Shown in pieces: positions 13,041 to 26,160 of a stretch of DNA of 64,000 nucleotides; the first letter of the stretch is position 1; every line of letters starts with the position of its first letter. This stretch comes from Mobula hypostoma. Taxonomy: Eukaryota. The position numbers and the translations under genes were made by a program. The notes beneath the pieces are model-generated. The model was not told the origin of the DNA. It searched no databases and worked only from the letters and a program-made list of their open reading frames with translations. Location of the stretch: contig NC_086108.1 of NCBI RefSeq assembly GCF_963921235.1, positions 107,262,001-107,326,000 on the forward strand, in the 5' to 3' direction.

Positions 13041-13459
13041 ATTCAGAAGTATAAGGGGGGAATCTCATTGGAACCTTTCAAATGTTGAAAAGTCTGGACA
13101 GAGTAGATGTGGAAAGGTTGTTTCCCATGGTGGGAGAGTCAAGGGCAATTGGGCACAGCCTCAGGATAGAGGGGTGTCCTTTCAAAACAGAGATGTGGAG
13201 AAATTTCTTTAGCCACATGGTGGTGAATTTGTGGAATTTGTTGCCACATACAGCAGTGGAGGCCAGGTCATTGGGTGTATTTAAGGCAGAGATTGATAGG
13301 TTATTGATTGGACATGGCATCAAAGGTTATGGGGAGAAGGGTGGGAACTGGGATTGAGGAGGAGAGAAAAAGAAGGATCAGCCATAATTGAATGGCGGAG
13401 CATACTTGATGAGCCAGATGGCCTAATTTTGCTCCTATGTCTTATGGTCTTTTGGTGTT

Positions 13460-14295
13460 CTGGTCAGAATTAGGCCTTTCAGCCCATTGAGTCTGCTCTG
13501 CCATTCCACCATGGAGGATCTCTCTTCTCAACCGCATTGACCATCCTTCTTCCTATAACGCTCAGAATCCTTACCAATCAAGAGATCAAGAACCTAACAA
13601 TCTCTATCTTCAATACATCCAATGATCTGGCCTCCACAGCTATCCCACAAATTCTCCATCCTCTGGCTAATGAATTCCTCCTCTGTTCTAAAGGGACGTC
13701 TCTTTAATCTGAACACAGGAGATTCTACAGATGCTGGAAGACCAAAGCAACACATACAAAATGCTGGAGGAACTCAGCAGGTCTGGCAATATCTATGAAG
13801 GGGAATGAAAAGAGGGGAAGAAACATGGACTGTTTATTCCTCACCTTAGACGCTGTCTGATTTGCAGTTTTCCTACAGCATTTTATGTGTGTTCCCTTTA
13901 CTCTGAGGCCATGCCCTCAGAAGCAAGATTCTCCAATTAGTGGAAACATCCTCTTCACATCCACACTATCCAGACCTTCCAGCATCCAATACGTTTCCTT
14001 GTGATTCCCCCTTCCAGTACTCATCCTTCTGAACTCCAGTGAAAACAGGCCTAGAGCCATCCAAAACTCTTCATTCGTTAAGCCTTTCTTTCCTAGGATC
14101 ATTCTTGTGAACCTCCTCTGGACCCTCTCCAGGACCAGCACATTTTTTCTTACATACAGGGCCCAAAAATCACTCACAATATTCCAAATATGGTCTGTTC
14201 AATGCTTTATAAAAACCTCAGTAGACCATCCTTGCTCTTATATTCTAGTCCTTTCAAAATGAATGCTAACATTACATTTGCCTTCCTTATTACCA
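13460..14295 (-). mobile_element. CR1 fragment interrupted by a Penelope palindrome (~13712-13893)
   Basis: ORF 13917..14177 (LERVQRRFTRMI). Inverted arms around 13750 and 13870. Confidence 0.8.
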
Positions 14296-14299
14296 AGTC

Positions 14300-14900
14300 T
14301 GGGTGGCGGGGAGGAGATACATCTCTACCAAAGGAGGTGTAAGATGCTCCTTCCCTCCGTTAGCTCGTAGGTCACCCTTGAGCAAGGTGTAGCACCTGCT
14401 TAGCCCCCAATCAGGGTCACGTGAAGCCATGGGAGCAGGTGGTGGATGGTCATATGAGCAGCTGGTGCATATCACAAGTCCTGGTTTGTGACCACTGATG
14501 TCAAGCAGACCATCTCCAAAGAGTATTCATAATGTCTGGGATCATCTGTCTTGTAAAGACACTGGCTAGAAGAAGGCAATAGTAAACCACCTCTGTGGAA
14601 AAATTTGCCAAGAACAATCATGGTCATAGAAAGACCATGATCGCTTACATCATACGACTCGACACATAATGATTGATGCTGTTCCTTTCAATGCCTTGGG
14701 GCACATCGGGCGGCAACCTTACCATTTCTTTAGCATTATTTTTTGATTTTATGAGAGTGGGTTGCTGGCTTGACGCTCAACCCGGCACAGATGGAAAGCG
14801 TGCAAGGAGCCGGCTGGATTTGAACCCAGGATGACTCACTTCAAAGTCCAGTGTGGATGCCACTACACAAAGCTAGCACGTAATGATGATGATGATGATT
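14300..14900 (+). mobile_element. RTE-tailed SINE-like family, with a minus-strand tRNA-SINE (~14675-14875) in its tail
   Basis: gggtggc..ggagatacatctctaccaaaggaggtgtaag...gaaggcaatagtaaaccac...(gat)n. Copies at ~16966-17320, 17530-17695, 21430-21820, 24480-24670 (-), 51443-51865 and 58845-59160. Duplicated cac(a/g)taatgat flanks the inner SINE. Confidence 0.8.
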
Positions 14901-15318
14901 ACTAACTCAATATAAAAGCTAACCTTAAGGCTACCCTTATCTAGTCCCTTTACATCTCAAGTTTCTGAACCCCTATTTGAATTTGCCATTGTTGAAAAAG
15001 TGGGTAGAAATTAAATGGATTGGAATTTAAACTCTCTGAGACACACGATGACCTTACAAAGTAATAAGAATTCCCTCACTGTACCTCAGCCTTAATTACC
15101 TCCCAGCTATAATCAGCCCTGGATTTAATTATCCCTTGCTCCTTTTATTTCTTCCTGGTCTTAATTATTCTACAACCTCCAACCCGAAGACAGTACTTAA
15201 TCTTGACATCTTGCATGCAATAGTGTTGCAAGTCATATACTCCATTTAGACCTCCCACCACAAATATTTTTAAATATCGTTTGATGAATATGTTTACATA
15301 TTGCGATCGCTCATTCCT

Positions 15319-15453
15319 TCATTTCATTTCGTTCATTTCTGTTTCTAAGATGCCATTGTTCGTGTACTGAGATGGATGGAGACGGCTGTAGAGAACAGTA
15401 GTGGTAAAATATTGTTCCCACGAGATGCTGGAGAAACTGTCTGTATTCCACAG
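15319..15453 (-). CDS. Candidate terminal coding exon of an unidentified host gene
   Basis: Unique non-repeat island. Strong acceptor ccctctctccccaaacag. Phase-0 reading LWNTDSFSSISWEQYFTTTVLYSRLHPSQYTNNGILETEMNEMK*. All three frames are open for more than 30 codons, so the frame is uncertain. Confidence 0.35.
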   Translation of the reverse strand: MWNTDSFSSISWEQYFTTTVLYSRLHPSQYTNNGILETEMNEMK

Positions 15454-15719
15454 CTGTTTGGGGAGAGAGGGCACCGTGCACATTAAAGGTCATTCTAGTA
15501 ACCCAGAGACAAATAATTAAACACAGTTGCTATTCACCTCCCTCTGCCTCAAAGCCACAGTCAGTAGACTGTACTCGAGCAAGGTGTCGCCATGAGAAGG
15601 AGGTCTCCGCAAGTTGTGTGATGTCAAAGGATCAGTATCACAAGAGGATAGTTGCACAGTGTCTCATGCCTCACATTATCACTGGAAATTGGGAGCAATG
15701 GATGAAAGTGGAGCACAGA

Positions 15720-16160
15720 ATAATCTTGAGAACGAAAGGGTTAATGCATGAGGAGCATTTGATGGCTCTGGGGCTGTACTCACTGGAGTTCAGAAGTATG
15801 AGGGGGGGATCTTATTGAAACTTATCAAATATTGAAAGGCCTAGATAGGGTGGACTTGGAGAGGATGCTTCCTACAGTGGGAGAGTCTAGGTGCAGACGA
15901 CACAGTTTCAGAATAGAAGGACATCCCTTTAGAATAGTGATCAGGAGGAATTTCTTTAGTCAGAGGATGGAGTATCAGTGGGATTCATTGCCATGGACAG
16001 GGTATATTTTAAGTGGAAGTTGACAGGTTCTTGGCCAGTCAGGGGATCAAAGATTATGGGGAAAAGGCAAGAGAATGGGGTTGAGAGGCATATTAAATCA
16101 GTCATGTTGGAATGGTGGAACAGACTTGATGGGCCAAATGGCCAAATTCTGCTCCTATAT
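15720..16160 (+). mobile_element. CR1 3' fragment
   Basis: ALGLYSLEFRSMRG, KGLDRVDLERM and 3'UTR. Confidence 0.85.
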
Positions 16161-16765
16161 CTACAGATGCTGGAAATCCAGAGAAACACACGCACAAGAT
16201 GCTGGAAAATCTCAGCAAGTCAGGCAGCATCTAAACAGTCAACAAGGGCAGAAGGAGAGGATTCTGATAGGAGAGGAGACTGGACATTGAGAAAACAAGG
16301 AGGAGGGGCATCTGAGGGATATGATCAGCAGGTGAGGAGAAGGGAAGGGGTAAGAAGGGAGTCAGAATAGGGAATGGAGGAAGGTAGAAAAATTACTGGA
16401 AGTTAGAGACATGGAGCTTAGAAAATTAGAGGGCTATGCGTAAGGGAAATTCAAGGCAGTTTCTAGAGCAGGTTACATGGTTGGAACAATATTGTGGGCC
16501 GAAGGGCCTATAATTTTCTGTAAATTTCTATGGTCGATGTTCTATGTACTTGATGCTCATGCCATCAGGTTGGAGACTACACAGACGGAATATGAAGTGT
16601 TGCTCCTCCAACCAGAGACTGGCCTCACCAAAGCAGCAGAGGAGGCCACGGGCTGACATGTTGGAATAGGAGTAGTGATCAGAATTAAAATGGTTGCTAA
16701 TGGGAAATTCTGCTTGTTGCAGACGGAACTAAGGAGCTTGACAGAGCTGTGCTGCAACACCAGAT
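16160..16765 (-). mobile_element. Penelope-like element 3' part (GIY-YIG C-terminus, pyrimidine tract, terminal module); CR1 tail inserted at ~16410-16545
   Basis: Reverse strand encodes HFNSDHHSYSNMS and LEEQHFIFRLCSLQPDGMSI, followed by the tgctgcctgacttgctgag...ccagcatctg module. Confidence 0.8.
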
Positions 16766-18139
16766 TGAATTAGTTGAACAAGGACTAAGAGCCCTTGAAT
16801 GGTAGGTCACTGTGGAGTGTAATGGAGCAGATGGACCTTGGATATAAATGGAAGTGCCATCACGAGTAGACAGGATGGTGAGAAAAACATTTAGCACGTT
16901 GGCCTTCATCAGTCAAGGCACTGAGAGTAGAAGTTAGAAAATTATATTGTAGTTCTATAGTATTATGGGTGGCAGGGTGGAGATACATCTCTACCAAAGG
17001 AGGCGTAAAGTGCTCCTTCCCTCTGGTAGCCAGCAGGTCACCCTTGGGCAAGGTGTAGCACCTGCTTAGCCCCACCTTCCTCCTATCATGGTCACATGAA
17101 GCCGTGGGAGCAGGTGGTGGATGGTCGCATGAGCAGCTGGTGTATACGGTATATATCCTGGTTATATGTCCTGGTTATGCAACCATTGACACCAGGCAGA
17201 CAATCTTTAAAGGTAATGGCTGAGGTCACCCATCTTCGAAAATGGCAACCCACTTCTGCAGAAAAATTTGCCAAGAGTAATCATGGTAGAGATGAAAGAC
17301 CATGTTCACCCATAATGATGATGATAAGACATTATTGAGGCGGCACTTGTACTATTTTTGCTGTCCTGTTCAAGAAAAGATACAGCTAAACTGGAAAGAG
17401 TGCAGAGAAGATTTATGGGGATGTTGCCAGGACCAGAGGACCTGAGGTTGGCTAGTCTGTGTCTTTATTCTTTGGAACATAAAAGAATAAGGGGTGATCC
17501 CATCAAAGTATTTAAAATTATGATATAGCTAAGTATTGATAGTGGCGGGGGTCACTCGTTCTGTAAGGACACTGCCCAGAAGAAGAGAACGGCAAACCAC
17601 TTCTGAAGAGAAATTTGCCAAGAACAATCATGGTCATGAGACCATGGTCACCCATGTCATATGACATGGCACATGATGATGATGATGATGATATCAGTCT
17701 TTCCAAGAGTAGGGGAGTTCAAAACTAGGAGCAAAGGTTTAGGGTGAGGAGGAAAGATTTAAGAAGAACCTGAGAGGCTGGACAGTATATGGCAGGAACT
17801 GATGAGGAAGTACTTGAGCCAGGTACAATTGTATATTTGAAGAAGCATTTGGACAGGCATATGTCTGTTCAAAAGGGACACCCTACTATTCTGAGGATGT
17901 GCCCCCTGTTCCGGGGCTTCCCCCACTTTAGGAAACATCCTCTCCCCCTCCACTTTGTCTAGGCTCATCTTGCACAGGTTGGCTCCCACAGCCTCCTTCA
18001 CATCTATAGACAAGCAGTCTGCCTTTGTCTCCCATTGGGCAATCTCAACCATCCTTTATTAAACTGACTTGGTGTCAGACAGAAAAGCAGGAACAATCTC
18101 CCGGTAACAGAAGGATCTACTTAAATCACCATTGCTTTT

Positions 18140-18518
18140 ATAGTCATAGTCATACCTTATTGATCCCGAGGGAAATTGGTTTTCGTTACAGTTGCACCAA
18201 CCAAGAATAGAGTATAAATATAGCAATATAAAACCATAAATAATTAAATAGTAATATGTAAATTATGCCAGGAAATAAGTCCAGGACCAGCCTATTGGCT
18301 CAGGGTATCTGACCCTCCAAGGGAGGAGTTGTAAAGTTTGATGGCCACAGGCAGGAATGACTTCCTATGACACTCAGTGTTGCATCTCGGTGGAATGAGT
18401 CTCTGGCTGAATGTACTCCTGTGCCCAACCAGTCCATTATGTAGTGGATGGGAGACATTGTCCAAGATGGCATGCAACTTAGACAGCATCCTCTTTTCAG
18501 ACACCACCGTCAGAGAGT
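18140..18518 (-). mobile_element. Rex1-like LINE 3' end, (actatg)n-tail subfamily
   Basis: Near-identical to 59590-59950 (ILDNVSHPLH...RKSFLPVAIKLYN). Confidence 0.9.
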
Positions 18519-18744
18519 ATTGATCCTCTTTTAACATCTAAAACTGTTCTGGATTAGTCTTTATCAGCTGTGCATGACAACACCCTGATAATTGACAGCA
18601 ATTCTTCATTCAATCGTGTGTCTGTCATAACCTTTTACAATTAATAATGGTACGGATGGTTGCTTTGTTGATATTCCAGCACAGTGAGACTTTTGTACAG
18701 TTGCATTTTTGTCTATTTATTCAATCTGCCACACATCCAAACGT

Positions 18745-19000
18745 CTTCTTCTTCTGAAGCCCATTATCTCTACTGGGGCATAGCTGCCTACAACTGCTCA
18801 CCAGTGTCCTCTGACCTGGGCCATTCTTTCAAGTTGTCCCCAGGTGTATCCCATCTTCAAAGATCCTCCCTGTCCTGGGGATGAGATCTGTGAAGCTTCT
18901 GTTGGCTTTTCTGTTGCACTAGGTTTTTATGGGATGGGGTTGCTCGCCCCATGCCCAACCCTCCGCCTTTCACAGCTGGCCTTGGGACCACCCATGGGCG
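18745..19000 (-). mobile_element. Bipartite non-autonomous RTE derivative (5'UTR fused to 3' end)
   Basis: Reverse strand atgggtggtcccaag...ggagggttgggcatggggcgagcaaccccatcccataaaa, then codons like AQVRGHW..VV, then a (gaa)n tail. Second copy at ~41845-42052. Confidence 0.7.
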
Positions 19001-19075
19001 AATGGCATCTGAATGTGCATTCAAAATAAGTCAATCTGAATTAATATAACTCAAATTACTCCAATTACTTTTCCT

Positions 19076-19760
19076 GAGCAACACATATAAAATGCTGGAG
19101 GAACTCATCAGGCCAGGCAGGAACTATGGAAAAGAGTAAACAGCCAATGTTTTGGGACCCTTCATCAGGACTGAAACTTCCTCATAGAACATAGAATAGT
19201 ACAGCACAGTACAGTCCCTTCGGCCCACAATGTTGTGCTGACCCTCAAACCCTGCCTCCCATATAACCCCCCACCTTAAATTCCTCCATATACCTGTCTA
19301 GTAGTCTCTTAAACTTCACTAGTGTATCTGCCTCCGCCACTGACTCAGGCAGTGCATTCCACGCACCAACCACTCTCTGAGTAAAAAACCTTCCTCTAAT
19401 ATCCCCCTTGAACTTCCCACCCTGTACCTTAAAGCCATGTCCTCTTGTATTGAGCAGTGGTGCCCTGGGGAAGAGGTGCTGGCTATCCACTCTATCTATT
19501 CCTCATATTATCTTGTACACCTCTATCATGTCTCCTCTCATCCTCCTTCTCTCCAAAGAGTAAAGCCCTAGCTCCCTTAATCTCTGATCATAATGCATAC
19601 TCTCTAAACCAGGCAGCATCCTGGTAAATCTCTTCTGTACCCTTTCCAAAGCTTACTCTGTTTACTCTTTTCCATAGATGCTGCCTGGCCTGTTGAGCAC
19701 CTGCCCCCCCACAATATTGTGCGTGTTGCTTCGGTTTTCCAGATTTTCTCTTGTTCATGA
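19076..19760. mobile_element. Penelope palindrome split by a minus-strand CR1 3' end (~19185-19652)
   Basis: Arms at 19076-19175 and 19655-19760. CR1 ORF 19245..19490 and (catagaa) tail lie between them. Confidence 0.8.
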
Positions 19761-20074
19761 CCTCCTTTTCCTATCAGATTCCATATATCTGTGACCTCTT
19801 GTTGCCTCCACTTTTCAGTCCAGTCATCTCATCATAGGAAGGGTGTGGAACCTTCAGAGAGGGTGCAGAGGAACTTACCAGGATGCTGCCTGGATTGGGG
19901 AGCATGCCTTATGAGGACAGGTTGAGGGAGCTCGGGCTTTTGTCCTTGGAGTGAAGACGTATAACAGGTGACGTGATAGAAGTAAATAAGATGATAGGAG
20001 GCATAGATCAATTGGAGAACCAGTACCTTTTACCCAGAGTGGAAATGGCTAATTCATGAGGCAGGAGGAGACAT

Positions 20075-20690
20075 GTGGCAGGAGGAGAAGATGGCAGTGT
20101 ACGCAGCTCTCTGGTGAAAAATGATGTTGTATCTGTTAAATAGGGGCCGTGGACAATCCTGATTTGATGGAGAGTGGACGTGAAATCACAGAGGAACATC
20201 TGGAGAAATTTCTGAAACGCCCGTCCGCTGCTGTTGTTACTGTGTAGTCGGGAATCTTTCAGAGGGTAGGCCTCAAAATCCCAGGCCTTGCCTGCTTTTG
20301 GCGACCGAGAAGGAGGTCGAATCACTTGGATAGAGGTGGCGCTCAGTACTCGGTGTTGGAGAGCTGATCAGAGCTCGAAGTTTTCGGATGACTCAGAGTC
20401 GGATTGCGGTCGGCATGGCAGGGAGAGTTTTTCTTCCTTCTCCCACCTGCGTGAGATGTGGGACATTTGAGAAACTTTGAACTTTACTGTGCTCACGGAC
20501 TTTCTTCATCAAGTTATGGTATTGTTACACTGTTGTAACTATATGTATAATTAGGTGGTTTTGTCAATTTTTTCAGTCTTGGTTTGTCCTGTGTTTTGTG
20601 ATATAAAACCGGAGGAAATAATGTATCATTTCTTAATACATGCATTACTAAATGACAATAAAAGGGGACTACGTGTGTTCATAATCTAAT
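20075..20690 (+). mobile_element. Non-coding ~620-bp retroposon-like element, inserted in a CR1
   Basis: Begins aagatggc, ends aatgacaataaaag...cataatctaat. Colinear inverted copy at ~61858-62475. Confidence 0.75.
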
Positions 20691-22738
20691 GTTAAGATGA
20701 AAGGAGGAAAGTATAGAAGGGGTGTCAGAGCAAGGTTTTGATTTTATATACAGAGAGTGCTAACTACATGTCAGGGGTGGTGGTAGAGGCAGATACATTA
20801 AGGACGTACAAGATTCTTAGGTAGGCACATGGATGAAAGAGAAATAGAGGGCTATGTTGGAGGGAAGGGTTAGATTGATATTGGAGTAGGTTAAAAGGTT
20901 GCCACATCTTTATGGGCTGAAAGGCCTGTACAGCACTGTACTGTTATATGTTCCAAGTTCTGTCACTTCCCAGTTATTTCCACTCTTCTCTCTTCCTTTC
21001 CCTCACCTTGGTATACTGCCTACTCCCATCTCTCTTTCAGAGCAGAGGAAGAGCCTTGACCCAGGCTGATGACTATCCATATCCCTCACGGTTGCTGACT
21101 GACCTGATAACTTGCTCCAGCAGTTTCATTTTTGTTCCAGATTCCAGCATCTGCTCTTTCCTGCACCTCCACTGTGCATTGATCAGTGTTTTGGAAACAT
21201 GTCCATTGATCAACTGCTGCAATTTTTTTTTCATGATGATCAAATTTAAGGTGGGGGCTTATATGGGAGGCAGGGTTTGAGGGTCAGCACAACATTGTGG
21301 GCTGAAGGGCCTGTACTGTGCTGTACTATTCTATGTTCTATGTTCTATAGTTCTTGAGTTCCCTAGAGCGCAGGAAAATGAGGAGAGATTTGATAGAGGT
21401 ATGCAAAATGATGAGGGGTATAGATGGGTAAGAGTGGCAGGGTGAAGATGCGACTCTTCCAAAGGAGGTGTAAGGTGCTCCATCCCTCTGCTAGCCTACA
21501 GTTCACCCTTGGGCAAAGTGTAGCACCTGCTAAGCACCCTGATCAGGGTCATGTGAAGCCATGGGAGCAGGTGGTGGATGGCCGTATGAGCAGCTGGTGC
21601 AGATCACGTCTTGGTTATGCAACCACTGACACCAGACAGACCATCTTTGAAGAAGAGTATTGATAATGGCTGCCCATAACGTCACCCATCTTGTAAAGAT
21701 GCTGCCCGGAAGAAGGCAATGGCAAAGCACTTCTGTAGAAGAAAGTTCCAAGAACAATCACAGTCATGGACCATGATCACCCATGTCACGTAACATGGCA
21801 CGTAATGATGATGATAATGATAGATGGGTAAATGTAAGCAGACTTTTTCCACTGAGGGTGTGTAGGACTAGAAGGTGAGGTGATATGTTAAGAGTAAACG
21901 GTGAAATATTTAAGGGGAACATAAGGGAGAACCTTTTCAGTTAGAGGTTGGTGAGGGTGTGGAACGAGCTACCAGTGGAAGTGATTTATACAGCTATAAT
22001 TTCAACATTTAGGGGAAATTTGGCTAGGTACATGATCTGGATGCAGGTCGATGGAACTAGGCAGGTTGGTAGTTCAGCATGGACTACTGTTCCGTAGGGC
22101 CTGTTTCTGTGTTGTGTTGTTCCATGACTCTATCAGGTAAACTCTTTAAACAGAAGAGATTCTGCAGATGCAGGAAATCCTGAGCAACGCATACACAACG
22201 CTGGAGGAACTGAGCAGGTCAGAACTTGATGAAAAGTCCTGACCCAAAGGGTGGACTCCTTGTCCTTCAACAGATCGCTGCTGAGGAATTCATTCCCTGT
22301 CAGCTGAGCTAAATGCACCGTTTGACAATGTCAACACATTGTGTTCTGTCCTCACTGAAATCAACTGAATGAACACTGGAAATGGAGAAAAATATTGAAA
22401 AGCATTGAAGTGCATTCAACACTGTTAACCGCAATGAATTTTTGGGTAAGGTCTTTAACACACCTCCCTTCACCAGCAATGAAAGAAAGGTTCAAAATTT
22501 GAAATTTCTTTTGTGAGAACCTTGGGACTTAGGTGAATGAGGGCTGACTTTAATGAAACATGTAAGGTCCTTGGTGCAGGTTAATGTTGAAATGATTTAA
22601 CTAGTGGGACAGTCACGAACAAGGGGACATGTGCAAAATCAAAGGGCTGGAGATTTAAAACCTGAGGTATGCAGAAATTTCTCCTCTCAGGGGTAAAAGG
22701 GTCTCTGGCATTCTCTACCCCTGGGGGTGATGAATATA

Positions 22739-23308
22739 CACCCTATGATCACTCTGTTAAGTATCTCCTGTACCGAATAAAATGGCCACTGAGGGTATGT
22801 TAATGAACTTCTGCTGCTGTAACCATCCACTTCAAGGTTCAATGTGTTGTGCGTTCAGAGATGCTCTTCTGCATATTCTGTGGGAATGCCGGGTCATTTG
22901 AGTTACTGTTGCCTTTCTGTCAGCTTGAACCAGTCTGGCCATTTTTCTCTGACCTCTCTCATTAACAAGGCATTTTTGCCCACAGAACTGCCATTCATTG
23001 GATTTTTTGTTTGTTTTTTGCATCATTCTCTGTAAATTCTAGAGACTGTTGTCTGTAAAAATTCCATGAGGTCAACATTTTCTGAGATACTCAAACCATC
23101 CCATCTGGCACCAAAAATCATTCCACAGTCAAAGTCACTTAGATCACACTTCTTTCCCCATTCTGATGTTTGATCTGAACAACAACTGAACCCCTTGACC
23201 ATGTCTGCATGCTTTTATACATTAGGTTGCTACCACATGATTTGCTGATTCGATATTTGCATTAATGAGCAGGTGTACAGGTGTACCTGAGAAAGTAACC
23301 ATTGAGTG
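22739..23308 (-). mobile_element. Tc1-like transposon deletion derivative
   Basis: TA-flanked degenerate TIRs (cac...cact..ttaagta / gtacctgagaaagtaaccattgagtg). Transposase N-terminus CGQKCLVNERGQRKMARLVQADRKATVTQMT. Confidence 0.8.
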
Positions 23309-23764
23309 TATAAGGAATTAAGAATTTTGACCAACTGATATAGAAAAGGAGATGAAACCTAAGGCAGATTGGTCATGATCATAGTAAATTGAGAGGTGGG
23401 GAGCCTTGAGGGGCCAAGTGGCCTATTTCTGCCCCCATTGCAGTCATTGAAATTCAAATAAGATTACTACTTGAAGGTTACAATTTGAAGTAGTTCCTCG
23501 AAAATGGTTTTTGTTTGGATTCACGACTTTAGACACCTTAATTCCAGAAGGAGGTTCTGCACCTGACAATCCTTAACAAGCGGAGGGCATGAGCAATAAG
23601 AAGAAGTTGAACAAGCCTGGGTTGTTTTCACTGGAGTGTCAGAAGCCAAGGGGAGATACAAAAGAAGTTTCAAAAATTACCCGAGGCCTCGATTGGGAAG
23701 ATTGCCAATATCTTTTTCCCATAGTAGAAATGTTGAATAATAGAGAGCAAAGCTTTAATAGACA

Positions 23765-24222
23765 CAATAAATTCTACAGATACTGTAAATCCAGAGAGAC
23801 ACACACAAGATGCTCGAGAGTCTCAGCAGGTCAGGTGATATCTATGGAAAGGAATAGACAGTCGAGATTTCAAGCTGACACCCTTAATCAGGACTGGAAA
23901 TCCTCACTTGTCTATCACCTCCCCCTTTTGCTCTTCCTCCTTCTTCCTTTTTTCCCATGGTCCACTCTCTTCTCTTATCAGATTTCTTCCTCTTCAGTCC
24001 TCTATCTTTTCCACCTATCCCCTCCCATCTTCTTATTTCATTACCCCCTCCCCATCCACCCGACCTCTCCTATCAATTTCTAGCTTGTATTCCTTCCCTT
24101 TCTCCCACTTCTTCCCCCTACCTTTTGTGTGCTAATCGAGGGTCTCGGCCCAGAATGTCAACTGTTTATTCACTTCCATAGTTGCTGCCTGCTGAGTTCC
24201 TCCAGCATTTAATGTGTGTTGC
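23765..24222. mobile_element. Penelope module with inverted termini around a pyrimidine-rich core
   Basis: Arms at ~23770-23900 and ~24135-24222 (gagggtctcggcccagaatgtcaactg). Interrupts a CR1. Confidence 0.75.
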
Positions 24223-24679
24223 ATAGCTTTAAGGTGAGAGGGGGAAAAAATTAAAGTTGACGTGCAGGACAAGTCTTTTACTTCATGCTAGAAATAATGA
24301 AGACAAGCATGCATATGCCTTTTTTACCAGCCCATCTACTTGTGTAGTCATGTTTTGGGAGCTATGGACTTCTGTTCCATTGGTATTGGTATGGAGACAC
24401 GTTGAAAAGCTTGACTTGCATTCTGTTTATACAGATCAGGTCATTACAATGTATTGAACTAAAACAAGCTATAGTTATCACCGTCATTATTATGTGCTGT
24501 GTCATATGTGACCATGTTCTTATCCATGACAATGATTGCTCTTGGCAAAAATTTCTACAGAAATGGCTTCTGCTGCCATGACCTCACGTCACCCTGATCA
24601 GCTAAGCAGGTGCTACACCTTGCCCAAGGGTGACCTGCAGGCTAGCCGAAGGAAGGAGTACCTTACACCTTTTTTTTCC

Positions 24680-26160
24680 TTTATTCATTTACGGGATGTG
24701 GGCATCAGCTGCTAAGCCAGCATTTATTGCCCATCCCTAATTGCTCTTGAGAAAGTTGTGATGAGCTACTGAAGTCTCCGAGATGTAGGTTCACCCACAG
24801 TGCAGTTCGGGAGGGAATTCCATGATTTTGACCTAGTGACAATGAAAGAACAGCAATATATTTCCAAGTCAGGATGGTGAGTGACTTGGAGGGGAATTTC
24901 CAAGTGGTGGTCTTGCCAGGTATCTTCTGATCTCATCCTTCTAGATGCTAGTGGTTGTGGGTCTGGAAGATGCTGTCTTAGGAACTTTAGTGTGTTGTTG
25001 CAGTGCATCTTGTAGATAGTACACACTGCTGCAACTGTTCATCGATGGTGGAGGGACTGGATGCTTGTGGAAGGGGTACCAATCAAGTGGGCTGTCTTGC
25101 ACTGGATGGTGTTGAGCTTCTCGAGTGTTGATGGAGCTGCACTCATCCAGGTGAGTGTCGAGTATTCCATTACACTCCTGACCTGAGCCTTGTAGATGGT
25201 GGACAGGCTTTGGGGAGTCAGGAGGTGAGTTACACACCACAGGATTCCTAGCCTTTGACCTGCTCTGGTAGCCATGGTGTTTATATGGCTAGACCAGTTC
25301 AGTTTCCTGTCAATGGTAACCACGCCCCCCCCCCCCCCACCAGGATGTTGATAGCAGGGGACTCAGTGATGGTGATGTCCCTGAATGTCAAGGGATGATG
25401 GTTAAAGCCTCTCTTGTTGGAGATGGTCATTACCTGGCACTTGCGTGGCTCGAATGTTACTTGCCATTTACCTGCCCAAGCCTGAACCTCGTCCAGATCC
25501 TGCTGTATTTGGGTATGAACTGCTTCACTATATGAGGAGTCACGAATGGTGAAGAAGATTGTGCAGTCATCTGCAAATGTTCCCACTTCTGATGTTATGA
25601 TGGAAGGAAGATGATTGATGAAGCAGCTGAAGATGGTTGGTCCTAGGACACTTCCCTGAGGAACTCCTGCAGTGATGTCCCGAGGATGAGATGATTGACC
25701 TCCAACCACCACAACCATCTTCCTTTGAATCAGATTTTGATTCCAAGCAGCAAAGTGTTTCCCCTCTAATTCCCATTGACTCCATTTTAGCTAGGATACC
25801 TTGTTGCCATACTTGGTCAAATATTGCCTTGATATCGAGGGCTGTCATTCTCACCTCACCTCAGGTATTTAGCTCCTTGGTCCATGTTTGGACCAAGGAG
25901 GTGATGAGGTCAGGAGCTGAGTGACCTTGACGGAACCCAAACTGGGCATCCGTAAGCAGGTTATTGCCAAGTAGGTGCTGCATAACAGCACTGTTGATGC
26001 CCCCTACCAATACGTGGCTGGTGATTGAGAGTAGGCTGATAGGGTGGTAAACTGGCTGGGTTGAACTTGTCCTGTTTCTTCTGTACAGGACATAACTGGA
26101 CAATTTTTCACATTGGTGGGTAGATGCCAGTGTTATAGCGGTACTGGAACAGCTTGGCTA
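24680..26160 (-). mobile_element. CR1/L2-group LINE RT fragment inserted into an RTE-tailed SINE
   Basis: PISLLSI, QFGFRQGHS, ALDIKAIFDQV, GVPQGSVLGPTIF, FADD, YKAQVRSVMEY. Host SINE continues at 24480-24670 and 26160-26190. Confidence 0.85.

Noticed and set aside
15350..15403. Plus-strand exon reading AIVRVLRWMETAVENSS
   Set aside because: Weak AAG acceptor; it overlaps a better minus-strand candidate and has no partner support.
16966..17075. HDV-like ribozyme at the 5' end of the RTE-tailed SINE
   Set aside because: gggtggc/gtcaccc can pair like P1, but no P3-L3 motif precedes P1'.
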